Positions 15,049-32,039 of a stretch of DNA of 64,000 bases are shown here, one piece after another. Position numbers and translations under genes: made by a program. The notes below the pieces were generated by a model. That model searched no databases. It saw only the letters and a program-made list of their open reading frames with translations, and was not told the DNA's origin. The stretch is from NCBI RefSeq assembly GCF_009914755.1, contig NC_060935.1; one strand, 5' to 3'. The stretch comes from the human T2T-CHM13v2.0 reference genome, Homo sapiens. Positions within the stretch are counted from its first letter, which is position 1; every line of letters starts with the position of its first letter.

Positions 15049-15550
15049 CCAGCAAAGGTATTTTCAAAGTTGAGAGGTATTGGGGGCAGTTAGAGGCTAT
15101 CACTGCGTTTGGTTTCATATAGCCATTAGACATGGATATGCTTAATCTGAAATAGCTCACTGGAAGCATAAAACATGAGCAGAGGGAAACCAGGAGCCTG
15201 ACTAAGGAGTGGGGTGTTCGGATTTAGTTGCTCCAAAATCTTCCAATGTGTTAGGATATTAGTGCAGACGCATTGAAACAGATTTTAAGCCTCCCTCAAG
15301 TTCAGCATCTTCTAAATCAGACTTTGAAAATGAAAGAAACAAACTACTTCAGCCAAAATGCTTGCAGTAAGAAACCTGGGTTTGAATACTCTCTTTACTA
15401 CTTACTTGCTGAGTGACTTGGGGTTTATGGAATCAGCCTGAACCTCAGTTTCTCCTCCCAGGAGATGAGGAAAATACCACCCATCTCGTGGATGAGACAT
15501 AATGTATGAAAACACTAGCACAGTGCCAACACATAGTAAGTGATGAATAA

Positions 15551-15876
<326 letters not shown>

Positions 15877-17029
15877 AGAAAGCTCTTATTAGTTAAGCAA
15901 AATGACCAAACCCAAACATTCCTTCCTGTATGAATCCTCACCCAATGCCTCATCCTAACTTGTCGGAATTAATTGCTTTTTCCTCTGGCTTTCGGTGGGA
16001 GTTGCTTGCACTTCTACTTGTCACTCCATTTGTCCGTGTATTAATGACACGCCTGTACATCCATCCATCCATCATTCATTAAAATTGTGCTGAGCATTTT
16101 CCATGTCCCAGTGCTGTGTTAGACACTGGGAGTTCAGAGATGGATCTGACATGGTTCCTATCCTCAAAGGGTTTGGGCTTTTGGGGGCAAGCCAGGGCTG
16201 ACGTGCCCAAAGGACACAGACACTAAAGCAATAGTAATACATCTACGATTTTATTGTATCATAGCAATATTTTCCATGGAAAACCCAGCACTTTGTTGGA
16301 TTTCTATTTATTTATTTTATGATTTAGTATTATTTTTATAAAATAAGGAAGTCATAATGTTTTCAGATCGTTTTCAAATTAGCTTCTAAAGGTCTTAATC
16401 TGGTTCCACTTGGCAACAGACACATCTAAGGAACCATTACAAAGAACTGTGTTAAGTGCTGGGCTAGAAAAACCCCAGTGTTTACTCGGGGCTGAAGTAG
16501 GAGAGCCCCACTGCCCCACTGGAAAGCCCCAAGGGAAGGAGCCATCCCTAATGCTTGCTTCATAGACCTTCAAGCTGGACAGGGCTTAAATGCCAGCTCC
16601 TCCAGTGCCCTCCACAAAGGGTCGTGGAGGTCAGGGGGGAGGTGCACTTCAAGTGGGAGGCTCTCGCCCACTCCCCCTCTAGCCTGCGCCGTAGAACTCA
16701 TTTTTTGTTTCATTTGAGGAAACAGAACCTCAGGCGGTAGAGGTGACTTGCCCAAGATCACGCAAATGGAGTGGAAAACATTTAAATAGCTAACATCTAT
16801 TGATTCCTTTTTATATGTAACGCACGGGCTGAGGGGCTTTACATGCGTTTTCTCATTTAATCCTCCTGATAATTCCATGAAGTAGGTACCCTTATTTTCC
16901 TCATTTCACAGATGAGAAAATTGAGGTAAAATAAGAGACTTTCACAAGGTCATTTAGCAATTAAGTAGCCAAGTCCAGATTTGCTCTCAATAGATGGTGG
17001 TTGACGTTGGAATAACAGTCTGATCCTGA

Positions 17030-17830
17030 CCCTGGACGCACATCTGGGGCCCGTGGCACCTGGGGCAGGGAGGGGCGCTCGGTCCTGGCCTGGGGCTGGG
17101 GGAGCGACCGGCACGGGCGGGCCGGGGGTGGAGCCTCTGGCGAGCTGTTCACAGCGGGCTTCCCAGGAGGTGAGAAAGTCCCGCCCCTAGCCGATGGAGG
17201 GCTGGGATTGGTTCTCCGGGACCGATTGACGGCTCAGGGCACGAGCGGGGACCGCAGCGGCGGAGGTGAGGGCGCCAGCAGGAAGTGGGAGAAGAGGCGA
17301 CCCAAGGCGGGCTGGCGGGCTGGCGGCAGTCGCTACTTGCCTAGTAGCCTCAGCCGCTGTGGGCTCCTGGGGAGATGGAGGGGCCGGGGCTGGGCTCGCA
17401 GGTGAGTGCGGCCGGGCGGTGGCTGTCCTGGGGGCCGGGAGAGCGGCTGCAGCTGTGGAGGAAAGGATGGTGTGGGTGAGAGGCCGCTCGATGAGGGGGT
17501 TTCGGGAGCGGCGGGGCCTAGGTCTGGGAAGCGGGAGCCTGGAAACACCACGAACGATGCTGGAAATTGTCTCTGAGGCGACTGGGAAGAAAAGGCGAGG
17601 ACTGAGGGGTGAGGGCCCGAGCCGGCCCCTCCAGCCTCCATCCCTGGCCAGGGCGCCCCCTGGGGCCGGTACCCGGAGCCCGGCGGGGACCTCTGTGGGC
17701 CTGGGGAGGGGACGATGGCCCTTCCCGGGAGAGGTGTCAGGTGACACACCTGATTCGGACCCGCCCGACTTGACGTTGGCCCGGAGTCGGAGCGGTTCTG
17801 TTGATTTCTTTTTCAGCCCTGGCGTCTTAG
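17030..17830 (+). promoter_or_regulatory. ZDHHC13: CpG island promoter of ZDHHC13
   Basis: Sharp rise in GC and CpG around exon 1; GC boxes (GGGCGG 17115-17120, CCGCCC 17181-17186), inverted CCAAT (ATTGG ~17207), ETS core CAGGAAGTG 17279-17287; no obvious TATA. Boundaries approximate. Confidence 0.88.
17375..17401 (+). CDS. ZDHHC13: ZDHHC13 exon 1 coding part (MEGPGLGSQ)
   Basis: GAGATGG good Kozak context; 27 nt; donor CAG|GTGAGT at 17402; phase 0. Confidence 0.95.
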
Positions 17831-19161
17831 CACCCGCCTTCACCCCACCCAGTCCAGTTTTCGCTCCTGTTTCCGCATCCTTGCTTACTCCTTGAAATAA
17901 TTAAGGCTGCTTGTTTAGGATGGAGGAAAGGGGCGTGGAGAGGGGAGGTACACCACAGCGATCTGCAGAATCTCAAAGGACAATATTCCGTGGAGGAGGT
18001 GTTATATAAAAGCCAGACGGAGGTCCAAAGAAGCCAGGCGGGCCAGTCGGAGAAGTTACAGGAGGTAGATGTTGTCTCCAAGAAAACAAGATTTTTGTGC
18101 TTTTTGCTTATGGCCCTTTCCTAGTGCCTAGAGTACTGACTAGTATATTGTAGACGTTCACTTAATATTTATTGAATAAATGCAGAATTTCCAGGTTCAC
18201 CCAGTTTTAGTGAGTGCATAACCCATGTCAGATGCTTTCATATGCATTATTTTATTCCAGAATTGAAGCATCCTTAAGAAGATATTATCCCCATATACAG
18301 ATGAGAACGAACACTAAAGCTGTCTTCAGCTGGAATCAGTTAGGCGGTAGATTCTCAGTTTGGGATGATTGGATTACCTGATCTCTAAAAACGTTTTTCC
18401 AGTCCCGAGAGTGTTCCTCATGCTTTCCCTTTCCCTTCTTTCAGCACGATCTTGTGTAGGTTTAAGTGAGGGACAAGATGTCTGGGGAAATGTCAAGGTG
18501 TTCTTATTGGTTATTCTTGAATTTTAACAGAAAAAAAATAGTTCTCAGGCAGACTGGATTTTACCAAAGGGTGTTGAATCTTCACATGGAAACAGCGCCT
18601 CATTCTTTTTCTCAGAGAGGCTCAAAGAAAAGTTGGTAGGAGTAACTATTATGTCTTAATTACTGCCACTCATTTACAGAAGGCTTCAAGTGCTTAAAGT
18701 TCACTCTCTCATGCTGAAGGGAAGATTAGCCTTGTCCCAGTTCCATGGCCTATAGAGAGGGAGAGAATGATTTGGTGGTTGAATTTAGTAGGGAAAGGTA
18801 GAGAGATCATTGTCGTTGTTAATAATAATTGCTCTTGTTCACTTTTTCAGTAATGTGAAGACCTCACCTATATATACTGCTTTGCAGTTTGCAAAATACT
18901 TCCCCATTTTTGATCCTCACTATAATCCTATGAGGTGGGGAGAAATGATTATTCTGATTTTAAAAATGAGAACAGAGGCTCAGAAAACTGGAATCACTTG
19001 CTACAAGTCAAATAGCTGCTAAGTGATAGAGCCAAGACTTCAGTCGTTCATTCAGCAAATGTGTTTTGAATGTCTGCCAGGCACCGTTTTAGGTGCTGTG
19101 ATAAATTAGTGAACAAAACAGACAAAAACATTACTGCTCTCATTGAATTTGGTTCTTTTGA

Positions 19162-19529
<368 letters not shown>

Positions 19530-19539
19530 TGACCTCATC

Positions 19540-19965
19540 TTTTACTGTCTTGCTTGCCCGGTCATCCCCAGCCACACCAGCCTCAGAGTCTTTCATACTT
19601 ACTTCTGGAATGCTCTTTCCTTGTGTGCCCACTTGGCTTATTCCCCCACCTCTTTAAAGTCTTGACACAAATGTCACCTCTGTGTGGCATTCTGTGACCC
19701 CCGTATTTAAAATTGCAAGCCTTTTCCATCATCAGCACTACCAGCAACACTCCCTGGCCTCCTTCCTTGCTTTAGATTTCTCCTCAGTATTTAACACCAT
19801 TTAACGTACTTATTGGTCTTGTTTATTGTTTCTTTCTCCTCCACTGAATGTTAGTACTATAGGGACAGTGATTTTTGTCTGTTATGTTCACTGCTGTGTG
19901 CCTGGCATCTGGAACAATGCCTAGCACTGGTGAGTACTCTGTAAATACTTGTCAATGAATGAACT
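19540..19965 (+). mobile_element. L2 3' fragment
   Basis: ...CTGGAACAATGCCTAGCAC...TAAATACTTGTCAATGAATGAA terminus; other L2 pieces at ~45380-46050, 53740-54400, 56760-57370. Confidence 0.65.
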
Positions 19966-20269
19966 TGGAAACTAAACTCTGGTACTTCTGTTAATGAGAA
20001 CTTTAATGACATGAGAACTTTTAATGAGTGTCACATATTTCTCTCTCACTCGCTCCTTCTCTCTCACTCTCTTTTTATTCGATAATCTGGCAGGATAATG
20101 CCTGTCATTGGAGTTTAAGTGTGGTTTTCTAAATCTTGATTTTGGCTTAAATTAATGCCCACTGTAACTTTAACAATTCTTATATACAATTTAGAAAAAT
20201 AATCTCATTCATGACATCTCTGTGTGAGAAGTATTACATGATCCCTCAGAGCTTAAAGATGCCCTAGTT

Positions 20270-20757
20270 ATTTATTGTGTAAGAAACCACCTCAAAACCT
20301 AGTGGTATAAAACATGGCTTTGTCATGCTCATGGACTCTGTGTGTCAGGGACTTGGAGAGACTGCAGCAGGGTTGGTTTGTTTCTGTTCCACCATGTCTA
20401 GAGCCTCAGCTGCAAAGACTCATAAGCTGGAGATGAATTGAGAGCTGGGGCCAGTATCTATGAGTGTCTTCACTTACATCTGGCAGTTAACTTTCAGTAG
20501 AGACACCTACACGTGACCTGGGCCTCTGCACAGTATAGTGGCTGAGTTCCATTAGTGACCATCTAATGAAAGAGCCAGGAAGAAGAAGCTGCCAGTTTCT
20601 AGGGCCTGAGCCTGCAAACTGGCACAGCATCACTTCTGAAATATATTATTTGTGAGGTAGTCACAAAGCTCAGAGTCAAGAGGAAGGGACATAGACCTTT
20701 ACCTCTTGATGGAGAAGTAGCAAATAATTTTGAGGCTATGTTGTAAAAATTACCACA
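20270..20757 (-). mobile_element. Old MaLR LTR (MLT1 family)
   Basis: GTAAGAAACCACCTCAAAACCTAGTGG...CCTCTTGATGGAG...TACCACA. Confidence 0.65.
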
Positions 20758-23467
20758 CATGTATTCATATGTCTGTTAGATAATTTTCATAATATCTTGT
20801 TCTGCTTTTCACTCTTCTGTGGAGGACAGTGAGCTAGCTACATATTTCTTTCTTGGTATCTCTCTTTTTTCCCTCTTTAAATTTTTTTTCCCTTTGTATC
20901 TTAATTAAAACAAAAACAACAAAAAAACCATTTTATTCTAGTATCTTGAGGTAGTTGTAGACTGGAATCCTAGGAAGACGAGAGGAAGTAAAATGGAATA
21001 GAATCATAGAATACTTGGAGCTGGAAGGCTTTTCAGTGAATTACCTAGTTGAGAGATTCTTAAACTGGCATATAGGATAAGCTTCAGGGCGTTAGTGAAC
21101 ATCTTGAAATTAGTGAACATCTTGAAAAGTTAGTTTACATGTGCAGTTGTGCATTTCTCTTAAGTAGAGAGGCCTTAATTTTGGTAACATTTTCAAAAAG
21201 GTCCATGACATTTGGAAGGTTTGAGAACCATTTATCTAGTCTAGCCCTTTAACTTTTCCCATGAATTCAAGACGCAAAAATAATAACTTACTTTCCAAAG
21301 GTTCATGGCAAGTTAGCAGAGCCCAGGTGTCAGGGCTCCTGATGCAGTGCATTTTCATTGCTAGTCAGGTGGTCCAGTCATGATACGATCTTGTTTGATT
21401 GTTTGCTGCCACTTGGAGTCCACCCATTCTTTAGGTCAAGGTCTGAGGAGTAGTCTGTATTTTACTCTGCTCTGAAAATGGGGAAGGGAGTATATCCCTA
21501 ACTAGAATATAAGTTCCTTGAAAACCAAGGACCTTGTCTGTTGTTCATTGCCATGTTGCTGTGTCTACAATAGTGCCCAGCACGTAGTAGGCATTCAGTA
21601 AATGTCTAGAATGAATGTATTATGGAAGGAACTGTGTCTTATTCATCTTTTATCCCTGATTACCTACTTCTGTGATTTGTATAGGTGGTCTTTATATTTC
21701 CCTGAATGAATAATTGATGAAAACTCTTGGGAGTTGGCTGGCATCATGAGAATTTGCTTAGTCTGTTCTGTTACCTTAACATTGTAGGCAGCCATGTAGC
21801 AGTTAAGCTTCTTTATCCATGTAGTGTGTTTGTTCATACAGTAAATTCTTTACCAGTTCACAAGTCAATAGTGACTATTGTAATAGCTCACCTTAGGACC
21901 ATGCAACATGAGACTTAGAAGGAGCTTTATGGGTGTATTGATATGTCCCTTTCACTTTACAAACGTAGAAATGAGCCAAAAATAGAGTAGATGATTCACC
22001 ACTATCATACAGTCAATGTGGCAGTACCAGGAATTTGGTTATTTGGCCCGTGTCATCAGTGCAATCAGGAGAGATTAGGCTGAGAGAATACTGTGGAAGC
22101 AGGGACTCAATGTGTCTTCTTCCCTATCTTTTGAGACTCAAGGTTACCTGTCTTCTTCTCTGTTGTGTCCTTGCCCTCCTTTTCCTGACCTTGCTTCACA
22201 GAAAACTTCACAGAAAATAAAAATTTCAGCTCTCTTCTGTTTGAACATGGGGATAGGAGCTGGCGGCCAATTTCATATTGTCGTGGGTCATGTTATTGTA
22301 GGATTTGACATGTATTTCTAAATTATATTCATTAACTAATAGCTCAGTATATGTTCATGGCAAGATTTGAATTAAAGATGGTGGTTATAAATCTGCCTCA
22401 ATTTAGCCTCTTGACAATTTTGAATTTTTTCCAAGGGGGTACTGACTTGTCAGATTGGATTAGATCATCTTTGTTTATACTTCATGTGTCTGATAAAGAG
22501 TTCCTGATCTGCTATTTTCTTATTTGCTTGTGCTTATTATTATTATTATTATTACCTCAATTCATGGCTTCTTTGTAGAAATCAGCTTAAGCTACTTGCT
22601 CATTTTGGGAGAGGTAATTTAGTTAAAATTTAACAATATAATTTGAAAATAATCTAATATATATTGTAAAATGCTGAAGGTCCTACTGTCAACTCTCTGT
22701 TTGTGGAAGCTTTCTCTGCCCCTAGGTTACCTTGTAAACAGAGTATAAGGAGTGACCTGCTTGGCATATCAATAAATGAGACTGCCATCGTTAAAAATTA
22801 GTAAAGCTTTCCTGCCAGCAGAGGTGTGCTAAAAAGAAAAAATAAATTTGGTAAAGCTTTAAAAACTCAAATTTGTAAATTTTATTTTTCCTTTTTAAGT
22901 AAAAAGATAAAAAATTATTATAATAGAAGCTTTAACATTTTCTCACATTACCTAGTGGGTCACTGCATATATGGCTTTGAGTGTACTTTCCTCACTTTGT
23001 AGATGATTGACTTCAAACACAAGCTTTGAATATAGTCATTTTTAGGTTTTACTTTGATCTGCATGCGGGTAAACAATGATGACATGAACGGAAGATATCT
23101 TCTGTTTTCTAGTTTCTTAAAGTTGCCATTTAATCATATATAATCACATATTGCCTACTATTATTATTTCACTCTGTCTCTGACATATCTCCCTTATTAG
23201 ACTTAAATTCCTGGAGGATAGACACCCATGTCTTATATGCCCTTAGCGTAATTGTACATCATAAATACACAGTAATTAATTGCCGACTAAACAAATATTC
23301 TTAATTGTGGATATTCTTCACATTAAAACATGTAAACCTCCTCAACTTTATACATGAAAAATAAAGCTGATGTCCTTAATGCCTTAAAATAGTATAAGAA
23401 GCAACAAATTTGTATCTAGAATGAGTCAGTTTTCTGTGATGAAAAATCTGTGTATAAACAAAGGGTC

Positions 23468-23788
23468 AGGGTGGGGTGTGGTGGCTCATGCCTGTAACCC
23501 TAGTGCTTTGGGAGGCCAAGACGGAAGGATAACTTGAGGTCAGGAGTTTAAGACCAGTCTGGGCAACATAACGAGACCAGTCTGGGCAACATAACGAGAC
23601 CTATCTACAGAAGAATAAAAAAATCAGCAGGGTGTGGTAGTGCTTGCTTATAGTCCTACCTACTACGGTGGGTCAGGTGGTAGAATCACTTGAGCCCAGC
23701 AGATAGGGCTGTAGTGAGATTTGATGGTGCCACTGCACTCCAGCCTGGGTGACGGAGTAATACCCCATCTCAAAAACAAAACAAAAAA
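23468..23788 (+). mobile_element. AluJ with internal 23-bp tandem duplication
   Basis: Diverged Alu; AGACCAGTCTGGGCAACATAACG repeated at 23551-23596. Confidence 0.88.
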
Positions 23789-25189
23789 GGCTTAATCTTT
23801 CTAACCTACAAAGAGAAACAGATATGTGCAATTCATTAGAAAAACAAGTAGACTATGAAAAGGCAGTCCACAAAAGAGAAAATATGGAGAGCCAGTATAC
23901 CTAACAACAACAACAACAACAAACAAAACACTCAGACTCATTAGCAACTAGGGGAGTACAGGTGAAAGATAGGATGCCATTTTTAGCCATCAAAGTGTCA
24001 AGGTTGTAAAAAGATTGATAATATTCAGTTCTGGGAAGGTTTGTAGGGAGAAAGAACACGTATATACTTTGCTATTGGGACTGTGAATTGGGGAGAGTAT
24101 TTGGTCAGAATCTATTTATGTTTAAAATGCACGTTTTTTGACTCAACAGTCCTACTTTGAGGAATCAATCCTATAGAATTAGAATGCCCAGGGTGTTGAT
24201 TGTGTATAGATATGAAAGGCTGAAATCAACCTGTGTCTCTAACCAAAGGGGAGTGTTGAATGAATTATACTAGATCTATATACAATGGAACAATAGTGAA
24301 ATATTACTGAACTGCAGGACTGTACATGATATATTGTTACATGAGAAAAGCAAGTTGAAGAATAATGTATATAATGTGATACTATTCTTTGTTCAATAAG
24401 TATAAGAAGAAAATGATTAAAAATATGGATGTATGTATGTATATAGCACAATATTATATATGTTAAAATATATATACATAATGAGGGAAGATGCACCCAA
24501 TTGTTAATAATGGTTATCTCTGGTGGTACAGTATTGAAGAGGAAAGAGTCCAGATTGTTAACCCTGTATTCACTTCTGTATTGCTAGATCTTTAAAATTA
24601 ATATGTTATCATTTTATGGTTTTAAAATTCTAGTAAAAATTTTTTATATAAAAATACACTGATTTTTTTTGTCAATCTTAGCTGCACTTTTTGTTATACC
24701 TGTTACTTATTGAGATTCTAGAAATTTTTAGTATAGTTCAACTCTTTTCCTCAACCCTTTGCCTTCTTCCAATTGAATATAATTACTGTGATATCAGGAA
24801 AAGCATCCTAAAGTAATGTTTTTATTTACATTTTAATCTAACTACCTACATGTTTATTTTTAGCTGTGTGTGATTCTGCGTGTGTGTGGGGGGGTACTGA
24901 TTATTTACCAGATAAATCAGAATTTACCTATTCAGAAAAGCAGGTGGACTGAAGAAGAAAAAGACCGGAATTCAAAAACCACCAAATCAGTAGCTGATTT
25001 ACCTTTTTTCTCTCTGATTTGCCCCCAGCCTTGACTTGAGCCCTGGAAATAAGCATCAGTGCAGACGAGTGCTCTATGAGAAGCTATCTAGTTAAAGCTC
25101 AAGGAGCCGCAAAGGGATTTCCTGGCAGCACAGTCACCAGAAACACTGAGGGAGAACTCTCTGAACAGAGGAATTGTGACCCCAAGACA

Positions 25190-26172
25190 GTAGTTTTTAG
25201 ACGTGACACCAAAAGCACAATCCATAAAAGAACAAATTGATAAATTGGACTTTTTTAAAATTTAAAACTTCTGCTCTATGAAACAGACTTTTAAGAGATG
25301 GGAAGGTAAGGTACAGACCAGGAGAAAATATCTGCAAATCACATATCTGACAAAAGACTTGTATCTAGAATATATAATATAAAGAACTCTCAAAACTTAA
25401 CAGTAAGAAAACAAACAGCTCAATTAAAAAATGGACAAAAGACTTGAACAGACACTTCACCAGAGAAGATATACAGGTGGCAAATAAGCATGTGAAAAGA
25501 TGCTCAACTTCATTAGCCGTTAAGGATATGCAAATTAAGACCATGATGAGATGCCCCTATACATCTATTAGACTGACAATCCCAAGTGCTGGTGAGAATG
25601 CAGAACAATTGTAACTCTCATAGTTGTTAGTGGCAATGCAAGGTGATATAGCCAGTCTGGAAAATAGTTTAGCAGTTTCTCATAAATTTAAATATACCTA
25701 ACATATGGCCAAGCAGTCTTATTCTTAGAGAAATGAAAGGATGTTCACACAAAAGTTTGTCCACGAATATTTTTAGCAGCTCTGTTTATGATTGCCAAAA
25801 GCTGGAAAACAACCCACGCAGACTGTTTGGATAGATTATCTGTGATGCACCCATATAGTGGGATACTACACAGCAGTAAAAAAGAAGGAATTATTGATAA
25901 CATATAACAACTTGGTTAAATCTCAGCACCATTGTGCTGAGTGGAGGAAGCCCCTCCTAAAAGATTGTGTACTGTATGATTCCATTATATGACATTCTGG
26001 GAAAGACAGAATTAATGACAACAGATCAGTGGTTGCCAAGAGTTGGTTGGGGTTACAGGAGGGTATGACTGCAAAGGATGATGGTGGCGGTTACGTGACT
26101 CCATACATACATGTGTTAAAATTCATACAGCTGTATACCCAAGTTAATTTTACTGTAAATTAACTTTTTAAA
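25190..26172 (+). mobile_element. Old L1M 3' fragment
   Basis: Degenerate ORF2 3' end (ACACCAAAAGCACAA, AAATCACATATCTGACAAA, AGACACTTCACCAGAGAAGATATAC) plus 3'UTR. Confidence 0.8.
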
Positions 26173-26221
26173 AACAGTGCCCCTTCAAAATAATCCCTTG
26201 AGGGATTATGGACTCATTTAA

Positions 26222-28650
<2,429 letters not shown>

Positions 28651-28970
28651 AAAAACTTTCTTTAAAATTAAAAATTTCTAAAAAATATTTAAAAACTGTC
28701 TTTTAAAAATGAAATTTAAGAAACTTTCATTCTTAAAACTTTTTGGAACTCTTGGAGAATTGACTTTGGCACATTATTTCAAATGTCTTCAATTTTTTAT
28801 TCTCAATTGTGTATTCATCCTTAGAGAATGATTTTCTTTTTAAACTGAAAAGTTCATGGAAATAGGTTTGGTGATAAGGTAGGTGAAAGCTAGGTAACTT
28901 TATTGATGGTAAAAAGCAAGATGAGATTAAAAAATAATGTCAGTTTTCATTTATAGCAATTTTCTAGGGA

Positions 28971-29180
28971 CAGTTATATATCCCACAATGTTTCGATCAA
29001 CGCCAGACCACACATATGATGTTGATCAGAGCAGTAGTTTATATCATCTAGCCTAAGTGTGTAATATGCTATACTGCCCAGGTCTGTGTAAATACACATT
29101 GTGATGTTTGCACAAGAATGAAATAGCCTAATGATATGTTTCTCAGAATATATCCTCATTGTTAATGAAAGCATGGCTAT
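28971..29180 (+). mobile_element. Tigger-family (Tigger3/MER7-like) MITE
   Basis: AATGTTTCGATCAACGCCAGACCACACATATGA and GTTTCTCAGAATATATCCTCATTGTTAA motifs; degenerate TIRs. Confidence 0.65.
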
Positions 29181-29937
29181 ATTTGATGTAACCCTCCCAC
29201 TGAACACACCAAAAAATGCAGGGTACAGTATAAAAGCATTTGAAGTATTTTACCTTTTTGATGCTAGTGTAAACATTTTTTTAAAGATTCCTTAGGATTT
29301 TCTATGCATATGATCATGTTTTTGCAAGTAAAAATGGATTTACTTCTTTTCTAATCTGTATGCATTTTTATTCTTTTTCCTATTTTATTATGCTGTCTGG
29401 TACTTTAGTACAGTGTTAATTAGAAGTGGTGATAATGAGCATATTTGCTTTGTTTCCAGTCTTGGAGTAAAAATGGTCTTGTACCATTCAGTGTGATGGT
29501 AGCTGTAGATTTCTTGTAAATGTTCTTTATTCGATTGAGGAGGTTCCCTTCTTTTCCCTTGTGTTGAAAGATTTTACAAATTTTGTCATATGCTTTACAT
29601 AAAGAATTTTCATATAAAGAATTTTGTTAAATGCTTTATTCTACTGTGATGAATATATATTTTTTACTGTTTTATATTTGAATATATATTTTATTCTGTT
29701 AATATGAATATTCACCTTATTTATTAATATGGTGGGTTACATTGATTTATTTTGAAATGTTTAAGCTGGGTTTGATGTATAGTCTTTTTTATATATTACT
29801 GGATTCACCTTACTAATATTTTGTTTAGGATTTTTGTATCTGTGTTCATGAGGGATACTGGGCCTATAGTTTTCTTTACTTGTAATGTCTTTGTTGGTTT
29901 TGGTATGTAGTGATTCTGCCTCATAAAATGAGCTGGG

Positions 29938-30279
<342 letters not shown>

Positions 30280-30940
30280 TTAGATATTTGATAGGGTTAA
30301 CTAATTAAGTTATAGGGGTCTGAAATTTTTTATGAGAAAGATTTTCATTATGAATCAAATTTATTTAATAGATATTATGTTATTTATTACTTTTAAGATC
30401 CATTTTGATAATGTGTGTCTTTTAAGGTGTTTGTATATTTCACTTAAGTTGCTAATTTATTGACATAAAGTTGTTCAAAATATTCCCTTTTTATCCTTTC
30501 AAAATTTGTAGGCTTTTGGAGTGATGTCTCTTTTTTAAACCTGATATTCGTCATTGATACTTTTTCATTTTTCTTGATCAAACTGATCAAAGGTTTATCA
30601 CTTTTATTGACTTATTCTTTCTAGAGAGCCAGATTTCGGCTTCAATGATTTTCTGTATTGTTTCTCTGTTTTATAGTTAACGAATTCCTTCTATTTTTAT
30701 ATTCTTCTTCTTGTATCCACTTCGAGTTTAATTTTCTTTCTCTAGGTTATTAACGTGAAAGCTTAGATAACTTACTGTAGGCCCCCTTTTTTTGGTAATA
30801 TAAGCATTTAAAGCTACAAATTCCCTGTAAACACTGCTTAGGCTGCATACTAAGCTCTTTAAAACTGTTGTGCTGTTGCTTTCTGGCTTGCCTTATGTCT
30901 GATGAGAAGTCTGAGTGTATTCTTATCTTTGCTGCTTTGA

Positions 30941-31440
<500 letters not shown>

Positions 31441-31763
31441 TGATTTTTAGTGATTTGATTATGATATGTCTTGGTGTAGGATTTCGGGGCTTATCCTACT
31501 TGGGATCCATTAAACTTGTAGTTACTGTGAGTTTATAATTTTCGCCAACTTTGGAAGATTTTTGGTATAATTTCTTCAAATATTAAAAAAAACTTTTTTC
31601 CTTGTCTTCTGGAACTGCAATTATACATCTTCAGTCGTCTTCTCTCTGTGCTGCATTTTGGATACTTTTCCTTGTTGTTTCTTCAATTTAAATGGTCTCT
31701 TCTTCTATACTGTTTAATCTGCTGTTAATCTAATCTGGTGTAATTTGTATTTTAGAGATTGAT

Positions 31764-32039
31764 TTTTTTTTTTTCTCTTTTGAGACAGAGTCTCACTCTG
31801 GTGCCCAGGCTGGTGTGCAGTGGTGTGATCTTGGCTCACTGCAACTGCCTCCCAGGTTCAAGTGATTCTCCTGCCTCAGTCTCTCGAGCAGCTGAGATTA
31901 CAGGCATGGGCCACCATGCCCAGCTAATTTTTGTATTTTTAGTAGAGACGGGGTTTCACCACATTGGTCAGGGTGGTCTTGAACTCCTGACCTCAGGTGA
32001 TCTGCCTGCCTCGGCCTCCCAAAGTGCTGGGATTACAAG
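31764..32039 (-). mobile_element. AluSx-like, slightly 5'-truncated
   Basis: Reverse Alu; TSD GAGATTGA(T/C)TTTT. Confidence 0.9.

Noticed and set aside
17187-17895. Long overlapping ORFs on both strands (209 aa +, 218 aa -, 138 aa -)
   Set aside because: Low-complexity G/A/R/P translations expected from stop-poor CpG-island DNA; the + ORF is out of frame with the real ATG at 17375 and runs through the exon 1 donor.
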